Assembly (NCBI GenBank): GCA_937899865.1
Contig: CALBRH010000025.1
Location: 1 to 64,000, forward strand
Length of the DNA: 64,000 nt
Reading direction: 5' to 3'
From: an uncultured euryarchaeote
Lineage (GTDB): Archaea; Thermoplasmatota; Poseidoniia; Poseidoniales; Poseidoniaceae
Shown here: piece after piece, positions 18,024 through 27,458 of the stretch
Position numbering within the stretch: the stretch's first letter is position 1
Layout of the letters: the number at the start of each line of letters is the position of its first letter
The notes under the pieces: generated by a model
What the model was told of the DNA's origin: nothing
The model's database searches: none
The model's input: the letters and a program-made list of their open reading frames with translations, nothing else
Program-made: the position numbers and the translations under genes

Positions 18024-19094
18024 TTACTCTATACTACTATTTTCGTCAATAGCCATGTGATGCAGAGCAAACCATTCACCGTCAATGCGCGCAATGCGGA
18101 TGGTGTTTCTACCGTTGTGATCATATGGTAATCTAACCGATGCCATCGTCCAAGTAGTAGGGTCAAGAAATTCCCCAACAGATGAGTCTTGATTAATTAG
18201 TTCAGCAATAATTTGTTCTGACATACGAGACATGACCTTTGAGGATTCTAGGTCTCGCCAAGTCGCACCAGTTCTTTCTTGACGGTCTATTCTTTCGATT
18301 ATCGCTCCGTCTTTAGTCCATGAAGCAGGACGCCAAAAGTTATCTCTCCATCGAATTACATCTCCAATTTCATAACCTGGTTTACGATATAGCAGGGTTA
18401 GTCTTGTCACATCAATTCCATCTTTTCTACCAACAGTTGAATTTGTTTCAACTACTTGGCCTCCGTACTCCTTAGTTAGATGACGGCCCCAAGCGCGGGC
18501 TAGGCCTTTACTGCCCATAACCACGTCATATCCACCAGTGACCGGCCCTTCATTAGTAATGAAAAACATCGGATCATCCGACAAAGACTCCTTTACAATA
18601 TCGAGTGTAGCACGTAGGTTTTGATATTCTTCTTCGCTTAATTTTCTACCACTTGAGCGAAGTTGCACAGTTGCTTCATAATAATTACCTGCTCTTCGAG
18701 TACAGGTTAAGCACACACCATTTGCCATTCTAGCTCGCATAGTATGTTCTTCTTGGAATAACAGCGAATCAATGACTCCTTCGAGTTGTAGGTGGATAAG
18801 AGTGTGTCTATCAGAGATAGTTTGTGTTTCAACAGCAATTGAGATGTCCTCTGCATCAATGTGAAATTTAAGATTCCGTTGAATTAGTTCATCCCATACT
18901 TCATCTTCAGAAATGTTCACCCACTTCCCTTGTATCTCAACAATACCACATCTTGCACATCTTACCCATGGGACATTTTCGGGCACTTCAGCCAATTTTG
19001 TCCGCTTGCGCAGACATGATTCACACATCCGATCGCCGAATAGTGGAGGTGGTGCACCACACACGAGACAAAAATCTGCACCTAGTCCCGACAT
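18024..19094 (-). CDS. nmd3: NMD3-family ribosome biogenesis protein
   Basis: Four CxxC pairs (CLVC, CESC, CARC, CLTC) and YYEATVQLR motif. Confidence 0.88.
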   Translation of the reverse strand: MSGLGADFCLVCGAPPPLFGDRMCESCLRKRTKLAEVPENVPWVRCARCGIVEIQGKWVNISEDEVWDELIQRNLKFHIDAEDISIAVETQTISDRHTLIHLQLEGVIDSLLFQEEHTMRARMANGVCLTCTRRAGNYYEATVQLRSSGRKLSEEEYQNLRATLDIVKESLSDDPMFFITNEGPVTGGYDVVMGSKGLARAWGRHLTKEYGGQVVETNSTVGRKDGIDVTRLTLLYRKPGYEIGDVIRWRDNFWRPASWTKDGAIIERIDRQERTGATWRDLESSKVMSRMSEQIIAELINQDSSVGEFLDPTTWTMASVRLPYDHNGRNTIRIARIDGEWFALHHMAIDENSSIE

Positions 19095-19144
19095 ACCTTC
19101 ACCAACCTACCGTAGATGCGTCTTGGTTTCAATTTGTGCCAAGA

Positions 19145-19333
19145 TTATTCTTCATTTGTAGCATTTATTTCTGCAATAGAGTCAGCATTAGATGGTTTAA
19201 TATCCAGACTTTCTTCCATTGCAAGGATTCTCTGTTCCATGTTTCGACTGCGAGAAACAATTGTCCAAGTCCATATTGCTAATGCAAAAATCATTCCTAA
19301 ATATGCTATTGAAAGGTATGTTTTATCTTCCAT
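19145..19333 (-). CDS. CcmD-like small single-TM protein
   Basis: 62 aa with YL.IAY, one TM helix and a charged tail; start codon directly abuts the ccmC stop, with GGTGAG SD inside the ccmC end. Confidence 0.6.
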   Translation of the reverse strand: MEDKTYLSIAYLGMIFALAIWTWTIVSRSRNMEQRILAMEESLDIKPSNADSIAEINATNEE

Positions 19334-20032
19334 TTACTCACCATCCAGTTTCTTTTGCAGTCTATCCATCCGCTGCTCAAATTTGGTAATTTCTATCGAA
19401 GTAAGTATATGGCCGATAATTAGTGTGGTAAAAGATAGTGCACCAATCAACAAAACTAGCGCCATGTCTCCCGAAATAGAACTGTCTTCATCACCTCCAA
19501 TCACCGGTCCTGGGTGCCGAATGACCCATATTCTAGTGGCGACATAAGTTAGAGGAACCAAAACGAATCCATACAAACCAAATGTTGAGAATGTATCTCT
19601 ACTTTCAACTCCATCAGGCTGACTTTGTCTACCAAGTACCAAAAATAGTGCTAACAGAGTTAGTAGGCCAAATGAGTTGAGCCGCCAATCTTCCCAGTCC
19701 CAAGGTGTACCCCATTCTGCAGCACCCCAAACGCAACCAGACCATACCGCCATCAATCCACAAGCAAGACCAGCTTCAGAGCCTGCGATGTGCAATTTCC
19801 ATCCAAGTGGACTTCGCTTGAAAAACCATAGTGCTGAGCCAACAAATAACACAGCAAAAGCGATGAATGCAGCCCATGCTGCAGGCACATGCCAGTAAAA
19901 AATTCTCTGTGCTTCAGGAGATTCAAAAGCATTGATATTTACACTCGGCGCCCATAAAAAAGCCAGGTATAGAGTAAGCATTAGGCCTAAGAATCCTAGA
20001 GCGAGTATTAACTCTCCAACCTTTACTCGCAT
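19334..20032 (-). CDS. ccmC: Heme exporter / cytochrome c maturation protein CcmC
   Basis: RIFYWHVPAAW, Trp-rich WGAAEWGTPWDWEDWRL (WWD domain), second His in IRHPG, about six TM helices. Confidence 0.85.
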   Translation of the reverse strand: MRVKVGELILALGFLGLMLTLYLAFLWAPSVNINAFESPEAQRIFYWHVPAAWAAFIAFAVLFVGSALWFFKRSPLGWKLHIAGSEAGLACGLMAVWSGCVWGAAEWGTPWDWEDWRLNSFGLLTLLALFLVLGRQSQPDGVESRDTFSTFGLYGFVLVPLTYVATRIWVIRHPGPVIGGDEDSSISGDMALVLLIGALSFTTLIIGHILTSIEITKFEQRMDRLQKKLDGE

Positions 20033-20069
20033 GAATAGTGCTCATACGCCTCCTTATTGAAGTTGGAGG

Positions 20070-21287
20070 TTATAATTTTGAACAATAATCGACAATAATT
20101 CCCCATGGTAGTATCAAAATGGGGGTTAAAAGTCTGATAAAAACCGCATTACTACGAGGCAATCTAATGGTGCTCATCTGCAAAAATCGTACTACAAAAG
20201 AGGTCGATAATACAATTCCTCCTCCAGCAAGAATTATTCTATAATCAACTGATTGAATGAATATTTGCATGGCAATTGCAGTAATCAAAAAACCACTAAT
20301 AATGCTTTCAAGGTATGAATTTGGTACAGAGTTATTTTGTGCACGCCACCAATCGATTGCTCTTTGTTCACTGAGAATTTTGAACACAGGATCGCCTACT
20401 AATCCCATAGTAAAGGCAGGAGCAAGGGTGAATCCCATCAAGATTACATCTCTATCTGATAATGTTAGAGGGTCTGCAATTGACAACAATCCGCCCATCA
20501 CCAATAATGCTGCTAACCAATTTCTTTGGATTGAAACCAAAGTAGTAAAATTAAGATTCCAACCAATTTTGGTTCTAAGTAAAGAATAATTTTTGTCAAC
20601 AGAATCAACTTGCCAAACCTCGGTAAAATCCGGAGTTTGATTGGTGGCTTCGCTCAAATCATGTAATGATGTTGCACATTCCCTTAGACGCTTGTTATGG
20701 GATGCGATGACAATGCCATGGCCTAGATTTCTCAGCATGTGGATTTGCTTCACCAATATTTCAACAGAATCATCATCAAGTCCAGAGTCTGGCTCATCGA
20801 GCAAAATAAGTCTACTTTCTTGATTAACCATTCCTGGTATTAATCCACTTATGACAGCAACTTTTCTTTGCTGTCCACCGGATAAGTGAGCAATTTTATC
20901 GTTTCGACGATTGCCTATTTTGTAACTTTCAATAATCGGTTTGATTTCAAATGATTTATCGCTTAACGCAATAACATTGTCTAATTGTTGTTGAATTGTT
21001 TGACTTGGTACCAAGCAGTTTGCTTGAAGAGTTAATCCAAAAGGCTTAGCGGGATTATTTCTCCGACCCTCGCCGTCACAAATCACCATTCCATTATGCT
21101 TTACAGAGCCACTTTCTAGCGGAAGTAATCGAGCAGCAGTTTCTATGACTGTTGACTTTCCAATGCCATTTTCGCCATGCAAAACCACACATTCACCAGC
21201 GTTTACCTTGAGAGAAAAATCTCTCAACACAATACCCATTCCGCGTCGAACTGTGACATTGTCCAGTTCCAAAATAGGCTCTGCCAT
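20070..21287 (-). CDS. CcmA-like ABC ATPase fused to a CcmB-like membrane domain
   Basis: GENGIGKS, LSGGQQRK, LLDEP and SH motifs, followed by about 170 hydrophobic residues ending LLTPILILPW (CcmB-like); lies directly upstream of ccmC. Confidence 0.65.
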   Translation of the reverse strand: MAEPILELDNVTVRRGMGIVLRDFSLKVNAGECVVLHGENGIGKSTVIETAARLLPLESGSVKHNGMVICDGEGRRNNPAKPFGLTLQANCLVPSQTIQQQLDNVIALSDKSFEIKPIIESYKIGNRRNDKIAHLSGGQQRKVAVISGLIPGMVNQESRLILLDEPDSGLDDDSVEILVKQIHMLRNLGHGIVIASHNKRLRECATSLHDLSEATNQTPDFTEVWQVDSVDKNYSLLRTKIGWNLNFTTLVSIQRNWLAALLVMGGLLSIADPLTLSDRDVILMGFTLAPAFTMGLVGDPVFKILSEQRAIDWWRAQNNSVPNSYLESIISGFLITAIAMQIFIQSVDYRIILAGGGIVLSTSFVVRFLQMSTIRLPRSNAVFIRLLTPILILPWGIIVDYCSKL

Positions 21288-21375
21288 GGTTGAGCGATTG
21301 GCTAAACAGCAATGAATGCTACCATTTGCCTACATTTCTGCACTACTTCAAAAATGGTAAGCCCTAAGCATCGTC

Positions 21376-22416
21376 ATGGCGGCCCAATTTACGCAGTTCA
21401 GCGTGGTTGAAGGCAGTCTATTCTTGGTATGGATCGTTGCAGTTTTTTGGCCTTTAGTTTATTCATTCCGTCACAAAACTTCCTTTGCCCTTTCAATGAC
21501 AGTTGGTCTACTGCTTGGTTACTTAGTGCAAGTTATTTGGGCATTAATGTATAATTTCGATTTAGTCACTATTTGGTTATGGGAAGACCTTTGGATGAGG
21601 CCTACTGAGGCGAAACAACCTTCAGGTTGGATAACATTTATCTCAGCGGGTTTTCTTCACAGCCAATTTGATGCAACTCATGTTTTAGGAAATATTTTGG
21701 TGATTTCGCTGGTTGGAATCCCATTGGAGCAGAGGCTTGGTAGGAAGCGATTTGCTGCAATATATTTCATTGGTTTGATAGGTGGTTCAATCGCTTGGTT
21801 TTTGTTCAACATAGATTCATCAAGACCAGCTCTTGGCGCTTCTGGAGCCGCATTCGGTCTATTTGGTGCTTACTTGGCAGGTTGGCCGAAAGATGAAATT
21901 CCATTTCCTTTGATACTGATTCGGAAATGGCCAGTATTCTATTTGGCTTTGATTTATTTTGGCTTAGAGGTTGTAAGAGCATATTCAACTTACGGTTTGG
22001 AAAGGCCAAGTGATGTGGGTCATATGGCGCACTTAGGTGGATTTATTCTTACATATATCATGTTACCATTGGTTGCTCGTGGAGGTCCAGTGCCCCTAGG
22101 AATTGAGGATGGCGGGCCATCATCATCTAGTGAAGTAATTAATCGGCTAAAACGAATCAAACAACAGATGAAAGATTTATCAGAAATTGGCGATCCTTGG
22201 GAGTCGCAAAATTATGAACTTCCTAAGCATCTAAGAGGCCCGGTAAAGAGTTTGATGGAATCCAGTGATGAACCTGAAACAAGATTAGCTTGGATGGAGC
22301 ATATAGCAGATATTTCTACATGCCCGGACTGTGGTAGTAAATTGGGCGTGGTAGAGCGTTCAGATGGTCCTCATATACAATGTTCAAAAAACCCGGAACG
22401 TTTCAACTGGCCATAA
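21376..22416 (+). CDS. Rhomboid family intramembrane serine protease with C-terminal soluble domain
   Basis: FLHS..HVLGN, GASGAAFG (catalytic Ser), HMAHLGG (catalytic His); C-terminal domain with CPDC...HIQC. Confidence 0.88.
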   Translation: MAAQFTQFSVVEGSLFLVWIVAVFWPLVYSFRHKTSFALSMTVGLLLGYLVQVIWALMYNFDLVTIWLWEDLWMRPTEAKQPSGWITFISAGFLHSQFDATHVLGNILVISLVGIPLEQRLGRKRFAAIYFIGLIGGSIAWFLFNIDSSRPALGASGAAFGLFGAYLAGWPKDEIPFPLILIRKWPVFYLALIYFGLEVVRAYSTYGLERPSDVGHMAHLGGFILTYIMLPLVARGGPVPLGIEDGGPSSSSEVINRLKRIKQQMKDLSEIGDPWESQNYELPKHLRGPVKSLMESSDEPETRLAWMEHIADISTCPDCGSKLGVVERSDGPHIQCSKNPERFNWP

Positions 22417-22417
22417 T

Positions 22418-22447
22418 TTCCCCAAACCCCCTAAGGGGGTTGGGGAA
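22418..22447. repeat. GC-rich inverted repeat / hairpin TTCCCCAAACCCCC-TAA-GGGGGTTGGGGAA
   Basis: 13 paired bases with one bulged A around a 3-nt loop, starting 1 nt after the rhomboid stop codon. Confidence 0.8.
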
Positions 22448-22515
22448 GGGTCGAGAAGAGGATACTATCAAAACATGGATAAGTCTCAGGTTAGATATCG
22501 AAGGGGTCAATTTCA

Positions 22516-25500
22516 ATGAGTTCTAACATCGGCTTGCGTCGCTCAGCGATATTTATCGCGTTGATTTTTTTGATTGCAGATTGCTCTTCTGCCGCCTCAG
22601 CAATTCCAGTTACTGGTGATGAAAATTTAGATGATGAAGCCAAAATCACCCATGTCGAACCAATTCTAATCGAAGGACTGCCGCCACTCATGTGTGGTGA
22701 AGAGTTGTGTGAGAGGCCATTAAGGCTTGACCTTAGAGGAGATTTGCCAGCCTCAGAAAAAGATGGCTGGTGGTTAAGTTATGGGCCAGACTTAGATTGG
22801 AACGGTATGGATGACCGATTACAAAGAGTGCTTGCGGGTTATGATTCGATTTCTCCAACGGCAATAATTGGAGAAGATGGTAAGAAAACTGTTGCTATAA
22901 TCGTAGATTATGCTTGGCACCCAACCGATGTTGAAGTCTTTGAATTGCAAGAAGTTTTACACTCTCACAATTGGATTGGTGAAGAATCAGGCGCTTGGTT
23001 TGATAGGCCAGAGAGCATTGATTCCATCGTTGTTGACAAGGTTCCAGTTAGTGCTTTGATGGACATTTATCACCTAAATGGTGTTGTGGTAATCGAGATG
23101 CAGAATGTAATGGTGCCGAGTAATGATATTGCAGGAAAGGCCACAAGAGCAATGCCATCTGATATTTATTCAGAAACTGCTTACGAACGCGGTTATACAG
23201 GGGATGGAGTAGTTATTGCGATATTAGATACAGGTGTAGATAATGAACATCGCTCTTTGAATGATTTCGATGATCAAGATGATGCCCCAGATACCAATCC
23301 TCTTTCTTATGACGACCACAAGTGGGTTGCAGGTTTTGATGCAACATCTACAGCATCAAATCCAGATGGTTCACAAGATCCAGACGATGGACAGGGACAC
23401 GGCACACACGTTGCAGGCTCTGCATTAGGTACAGGAGATTCCTCAAGAGTTCATGTTGGTACAGCGCCCGGAGCATATCTTGTTGATATCAAAGTGTTAA
23501 CTGATGCAGGTGGAACTAATTCACAATATTCAGTCAATGGGATTCAGTGGATGATTAACAATGCAGATACCGATTGGGGTCATAACTCTTCGAGTAGAGG
23601 TATCCAAATTGGTTCTATGTCATTTGGTTCAGTATCATCTCCACTCAATCCTGGTGATGAGGGTGACAATGGTACAGGCGGTGAAGCAAGACTGATAAAT
23701 AACGCTACGGAGAATTCTGACATCGTCTGTGTAATTGCCATGGGCAATGATGGCTCCAAGAGAGTACCATCCCCAGCCAGTGCAGATATGGGCTTTGCAG
23801 TTTCTTCAGCCTCTGATTTTGGTACAACCAATCGAACTAATGATGGAATCTCGAGTTTTTCCAATTATGGTCCAAGGCTTGATGATAGTGATGATAATGA
23901 ATGGGATGAACTCAAACCTGACATATCATCGTACGGTTCGAATATCATTTCTGCAACTGCCGCTACAGGAACATCCTTCCCTGGTGCGCCGAGACCGGAG
24001 GCTGATTCAGGTTATGATGAGAAAGATGGCACTAGTATGGCGACACCAATCGCTTCTGGAATAGTTGCTCTAGTTAGAGAAGCAGCGCCATCTCTCAATG
24101 CCTTTGAAGTAATGGATGTTATTCGGAATTCATCTGAACTTAGAGAAAAACCAGCAAACACTGTCTCGGACCGCTGGCATGAGAAGTGGGGATTCGGTCT
24201 AATCGATGCATCTTGTGCAATAGATTTCGCTCTTGACCAACCTTGTACTCCATTAGAGGATACTGGTGTAGTCAATCCACCTCCGAGTGGCAATGGTTCA
24301 GGAGACTATGTTTCCATTAGCCAACCGTCAAATGATACATGGTGGCTTGAAGGCGATACAGCCACAATTTCAGGTACTACTGATTTCCCTTCAAGTGAAC
24401 AGTTTGATCAAGTTCAAGTACGTATAGCTCAGTTTTTAGAATCAGGAACTGAACGTGAATTGAAACCATGGACAATTGCTGGCGGCGAGATAGATGATTG
24501 GAGACTTAATGTCAATGTCTTAGAGGATTGGATTCAAGCAGATGAAGAGTATGTTATCGTAAGTGTCAAATTATTTGATACAGTTAATGAAGCTGAATCA
24601 AATATTGATTTTAGAGTGATAAACCTTGCAAGAATGAAAGTCACAATTGCTAGTCCAAACGTTGGCGAAAGTGTGAGTGGTATGGTTGAATTTAGTGGAA
24701 CAGTGGATGGCATTCAACATGATTACATAGAATACAAAGTTGATAATGGTCAATGGGAATTTGCCACGGACTTGCCTGCTTTGGAGGTTGGTAGCCAAGA
24801 TTGGTCATTCAATTGGGATTCCACAACAGTAACTGATGGTTCAACACGTCTTAGCTTTAGAATGGTAAATGAGTCAGGCGTAAAAACTGATGATATTCGT
24901 AGAACCATAGATGTTGACAATATGCCGGCTGCACCGGACTTCGTCTTTACCGGAGTAGTAGAAGTGTTGGATGAAGTTGGACTTCCTGTACAATCTGCGG
25001 TTGCTGGTTCAATATTGACGGTTAAATTCACAATAGAAAATGTTGGAGACTTAGATGCAGATGATGTATTCATTACTCTCAACGCACCGGGTGATGACTC
25101 AGATGTATATCCATCAGATATTACCATTTCAAATTTGGATGACGGCGATGAAGCAGAAATCACGCTCTATTGGTGGGCTACAGAAGTAGGAACTCACACA
25201 GTGACATTGTCGATTGATCCATCGATGAATTATGATGATCCAAATCCCGAAGATAATTCTTACAGTTTCTCTTTTGAGGTAGAAGAGCGACCAGTGGAGC
25301 CTAGATTACGATTTATGCAAGGCGCTTACCAAACAATTCCTCTAATTCCAACTCCTGGGCAGGAATATACCATTGTAGTAAGAGTTGATAATCTAGGACA
25401 AACTGATGCTACAGGTTTATCATTGACTCTTTATTCTGATGTTGATGGAGAGGGATGGATTGAAATCGGTCAAGATAACATTACCATAATTCCAGGTTCT

Positions 25501-27450
25501 GATTCAAGTTCTGGTTATGATGAAGCAAGATTTGCGATCCCTGAAAATCTCTCGATTGTTGGAGGAACCGATTTCCGAGTTTCTATGTCTGGTGACGGTG
25601 TTGAATCAGAATTCTCTGAACTTCGATTCACAGTAGTGGTTAATGAAGTTGGAATCGACTCTCCAGTTAGATTGAATTTACTATCTGGTGAATCTGTTAT
25701 TGATTTCGTTGGCATGGAAGAAAGTGGATTACTGTTCACTACTGTTGATGGTGAATTGCATGTTCGAACAGTGACAGAATCATCTTCTGGAGCATGGGCG
25801 ACTCTTGCAGATGTTAAGTTGGCTGATTCTTGGGCTGGGGAATTAACTGCTATCCTGCGGGATGATGGATTGGTTCATGCTGCTTGGACTGAGAATGTAC
25901 TCAGTCAACAAGGATATTTTCTTTCCCATATTGCAATGACTTCAATCACCAGTGCTGGAGAGACTACGGAAAAGCAAACCCACATGCAAGCGATAAAACT
26001 CTCCGAAGGCAGATATTGGGGGCTAGACATGGCTAAGAAAGGCGATAGAATAGTTCTAGCAGGGTATCATCGGGACATAGCTACAGGTGGTTCATACAAC
26101 GATATAACTTCGATATTCGTACTCATGTCAGATACACCATTGATACAAAGTTCTTGGAGTTCTAGTAATATTTTGACTAATATTGACATCAAACCATCGC
26201 AAGGAGACGCATTGGCAATTGCTCTTGGCGAGGAAAATATGCATATTCTCTACCAAGAAATCCGAGATGATGTAACTGGTATTGATCGTGTTGGGTTGAT
26301 GTATGCTCATGGCAAAGAATGGAATCCATCTTGGTCATTCCAATATTCAGTTGGAGATTTTGCCTCTAATGCTCAGTTAGAAGTTTATCAGAAAAATGAC
26401 CGAGATGTACTTGCTGCAACATGGGTAGAAGGCTTTGGTGGTGAGTCTAAGATCGCTTACGTAATAACCGATAATTCATGGTCAGCCGATGCTCCAGAAT
26501 ACATGATTGCAGCAGGAGTAACAAATCTTGAAATGACGTCATACGAAGAAAAAATCTCACTGGTTTATGATGAAATAAATGTTTACGGGCCAATGACTCG
26601 ATATGGGATTTTAGATGTTGAGGAAAATGAATTTGCCTTATCTAATTTAGTTGCTGAAGGATTTACATTAGGTTATGCATCTACTAAGGAGGAATCGATT
26701 ATTTTAGTCTCCTCAAGCAGTGGAACTATGTCGTTCAAGACTATTGTTTCTTTAGAGAGTGAGCAATTCGATAAAGAAGAGAAAACCTTCCTTGAGGCAT
26801 TGCTTGAACCGTTGCCTGGTGATGCAACTACTAAGGCGATTATACTAGCATTAACTGTACTTGTTATTTCGGTAATTTTCTTGTATCTAGTGGTCTCACT
26901 TAGAAGAAGTAACCGGGAAACTGAAGAATTAATTCTATCAGCCACAATAGAAACTAGTGAAGATGATGTCGAAATCATGGTCGATATTGAGGCGGATGAT
27001 GATTCGGCTATTGCAATAAATTTGGATGCTGAAGAATTAGTAGTTAAATCAGTCGTTGAACCTAAACTTGAGGTAGTTGATGAGCCAGTGGAAACTCTCG
27101 AGCAATCCTTAGCTGCTAAAGCGGAGTCTGGAGAAGGTAATTCACGATTGGAGAGGCGAATGAAGCGTAAACAACAGCGTGAATTGGTTGAGATTACAGA
27201 AAAAATGCTTGCTAATGTACCACAACCTGCACAAGCTACACTACCTCCAATTGATGCCACTCTACCGCCGATTGATTTAGCAGAATTACCGCCACCAAGT
27301 GATACAGAACTTCCACCAATGCCATTACCAAGTATGCCAATCCCACAAAAGGAAGCAAATTGTCAAGAATGCTCAGCTAAATTTACTATCAAGGATTTGC
27401 GATTAACCAAAGTTAACTGTCCAATTTGTAATGCGGTTGTAGAATTGTAG
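22516..27450 (+). CDS. Large membrane-anchored S8 (subtilisin-like) serine protease with CARDB/Ig-like domains and a cytoplasmic Pro-rich zinc-ribbon tail
   Basis: Signal peptide; ILDTG, HGTHVAG and GTSMATP triad; CARDB-like repeats (IENVGDLDA, VDNLGQTDA); TM IILALTVLVISVIFLYLVVSL; tail ends CQEC...CPIC. Confidence 0.9.
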   Translation: MSSNIGLRRSAIFIALIFLIADCSSAASAIPVTGDENLDDEAKITHVEPILIEGLPPLMCGEELCERPLRLDLRGDLPASEKDGWWLSYGPDLDWNGMDDRLQRVLAGYDSISPTAIIGEDGKKTVAIIVDYAWHPTDVEVFELQEVLHSHNWIGEESGAWFDRPESIDSIVVDKVPVSALMDIYHLNGVVVIEMQNVMVPSNDIAGKATRAMPSDIYSETAYERGYTGDGVVIAILDTGVDNEHRSLNDFDDQDDAPDTNPLSYDDHKWVAGFDATSTASNPDGSQDPDDGQGHGTHVAGSALGTGDSSRVHVGTAPGAYLVDIKVLTDAGGTNSQYSVNGIQWMINNADTDWGHNSSSRGIQIGSMSFGSVSSPLNPGDEGDNGTGGEARLINNATENSDIVCVIAMGNDGSKRVPSPASADMGFAVSSASDFGTTNRTNDGISSFSNYGPRLDDSDDNEWDELKPDISSYGSNIISATAATGTSFPGAPRPEADSGYDEKDGTSMATPIASGIVALVREAAPSLNAFEVMDVIRNSSELREKPANTVSDRWHEKWGFGLIDASCAIDFALDQPCTPLEDTGVVNPPPSGNGSGDYVSISQPSNDTWWLEGDTATISGTTDFPSSEQFDQVQVRIAQFLESGTERELKPWTIAGGEIDDWRLNVNVLEDWIQADEEYVIVSVKLFDTVNEAESNIDFRVINLARMKVTIASPNVGESVSGMVEFSGTVDGIQHDYIEYKVDNGQWEFATDLPALEVGSQDWSFNWDSTTVTDGSTRLSFRMVNESGVKTDDIRRTIDVDNMPAAPDFVFTGVVEVLDEVGLPVQSAVAGSILTVKFTIENVGDLDADDVFITLNAPGDDSDVYPSDITISNLDDGDEAEITLYWWATEVGTHTVTLSIDPSMNYDDPNPEDNSYSFSFEVEERPVEPRLRFMQGAYQTIPLIPTPGQEYTIVVRVDNLGQTDATGLSLTLYSDVDGEGWIEIGQDNITIIPGSDSSSGYDEARFAIPENLSIVGGTDFRVSMSGDGVESEFSELRFTVVVNEVGIDSPVRLNLLSGESVIDFVGMEESGLLFTTVDGELHVRTVTESSSGAWATLADVKLADSWAGELTAILRDDGLVHAAWTENVLSQQGYFLSHIAMTSITSAGETTEKQTHMQAIKLSEGRYWGLDMAKKGDRIVLAGYHRDIATGGSYNDITSIFVLMSDTPLIQSSWSSSNILTNIDIKPSQGDALAIALGEENMHILYQEIRDDVTGIDRVGLMYAHGKEWNPSWSFQYSVGDFASNAQLEVYQKNDRDVLAATWVEGFGGESKIAYVITDNSWSADAPEYMIAAGVTNLEMTSYEEKISLVYDEINVYGPMTRYGILDVEENEFALSNLVAEGFTLGYASTKEESIILVSSSSGTMSFKTIVSLESEQFDKEEKTFLEALLEPLPGDATTKAIILALTVLVISVIFLYLVVSLRRSNRETEELILSATIETSEDDVEIMVDIEADDDSAIAINLDAEELVVKSVVEPKLEVVDEPVETLEQSLAAKAESGEGNSRLERRMKRKQQRELVEITEKMLANVPQPAQATLPPIDATLPPIDLAELPPPSDTELPPMPLPSMPIPQKEANCQECSAKFTIKDLRLTKVNCPICNAVVEL

Positions 27451-27458
27451 GTGTAATT

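Noticed and set aside
21320-21359. TACCATTT / AAATGGTA 8-bp inverted repeat in the divergent ccm-rhomboid promoter region
   Set aside because: Could be a regulator site, but the 24-nt spacer and lack of a convincing second copy leave it unsupported.
22516-22560. Twin-arginine (Tat) export of the S8 protease (GLRRSAIF)
   Set aside because: Poor match to the S/T-R-R-x-F-L consensus; cannot be distinguished from a Sec signal by eye.
27235-27276. ATLPPID duplicated peptide as a DNA tandem repeat
   Set aside because: Only two copies with diverged synonymous codons; treated as part of the protease tail.
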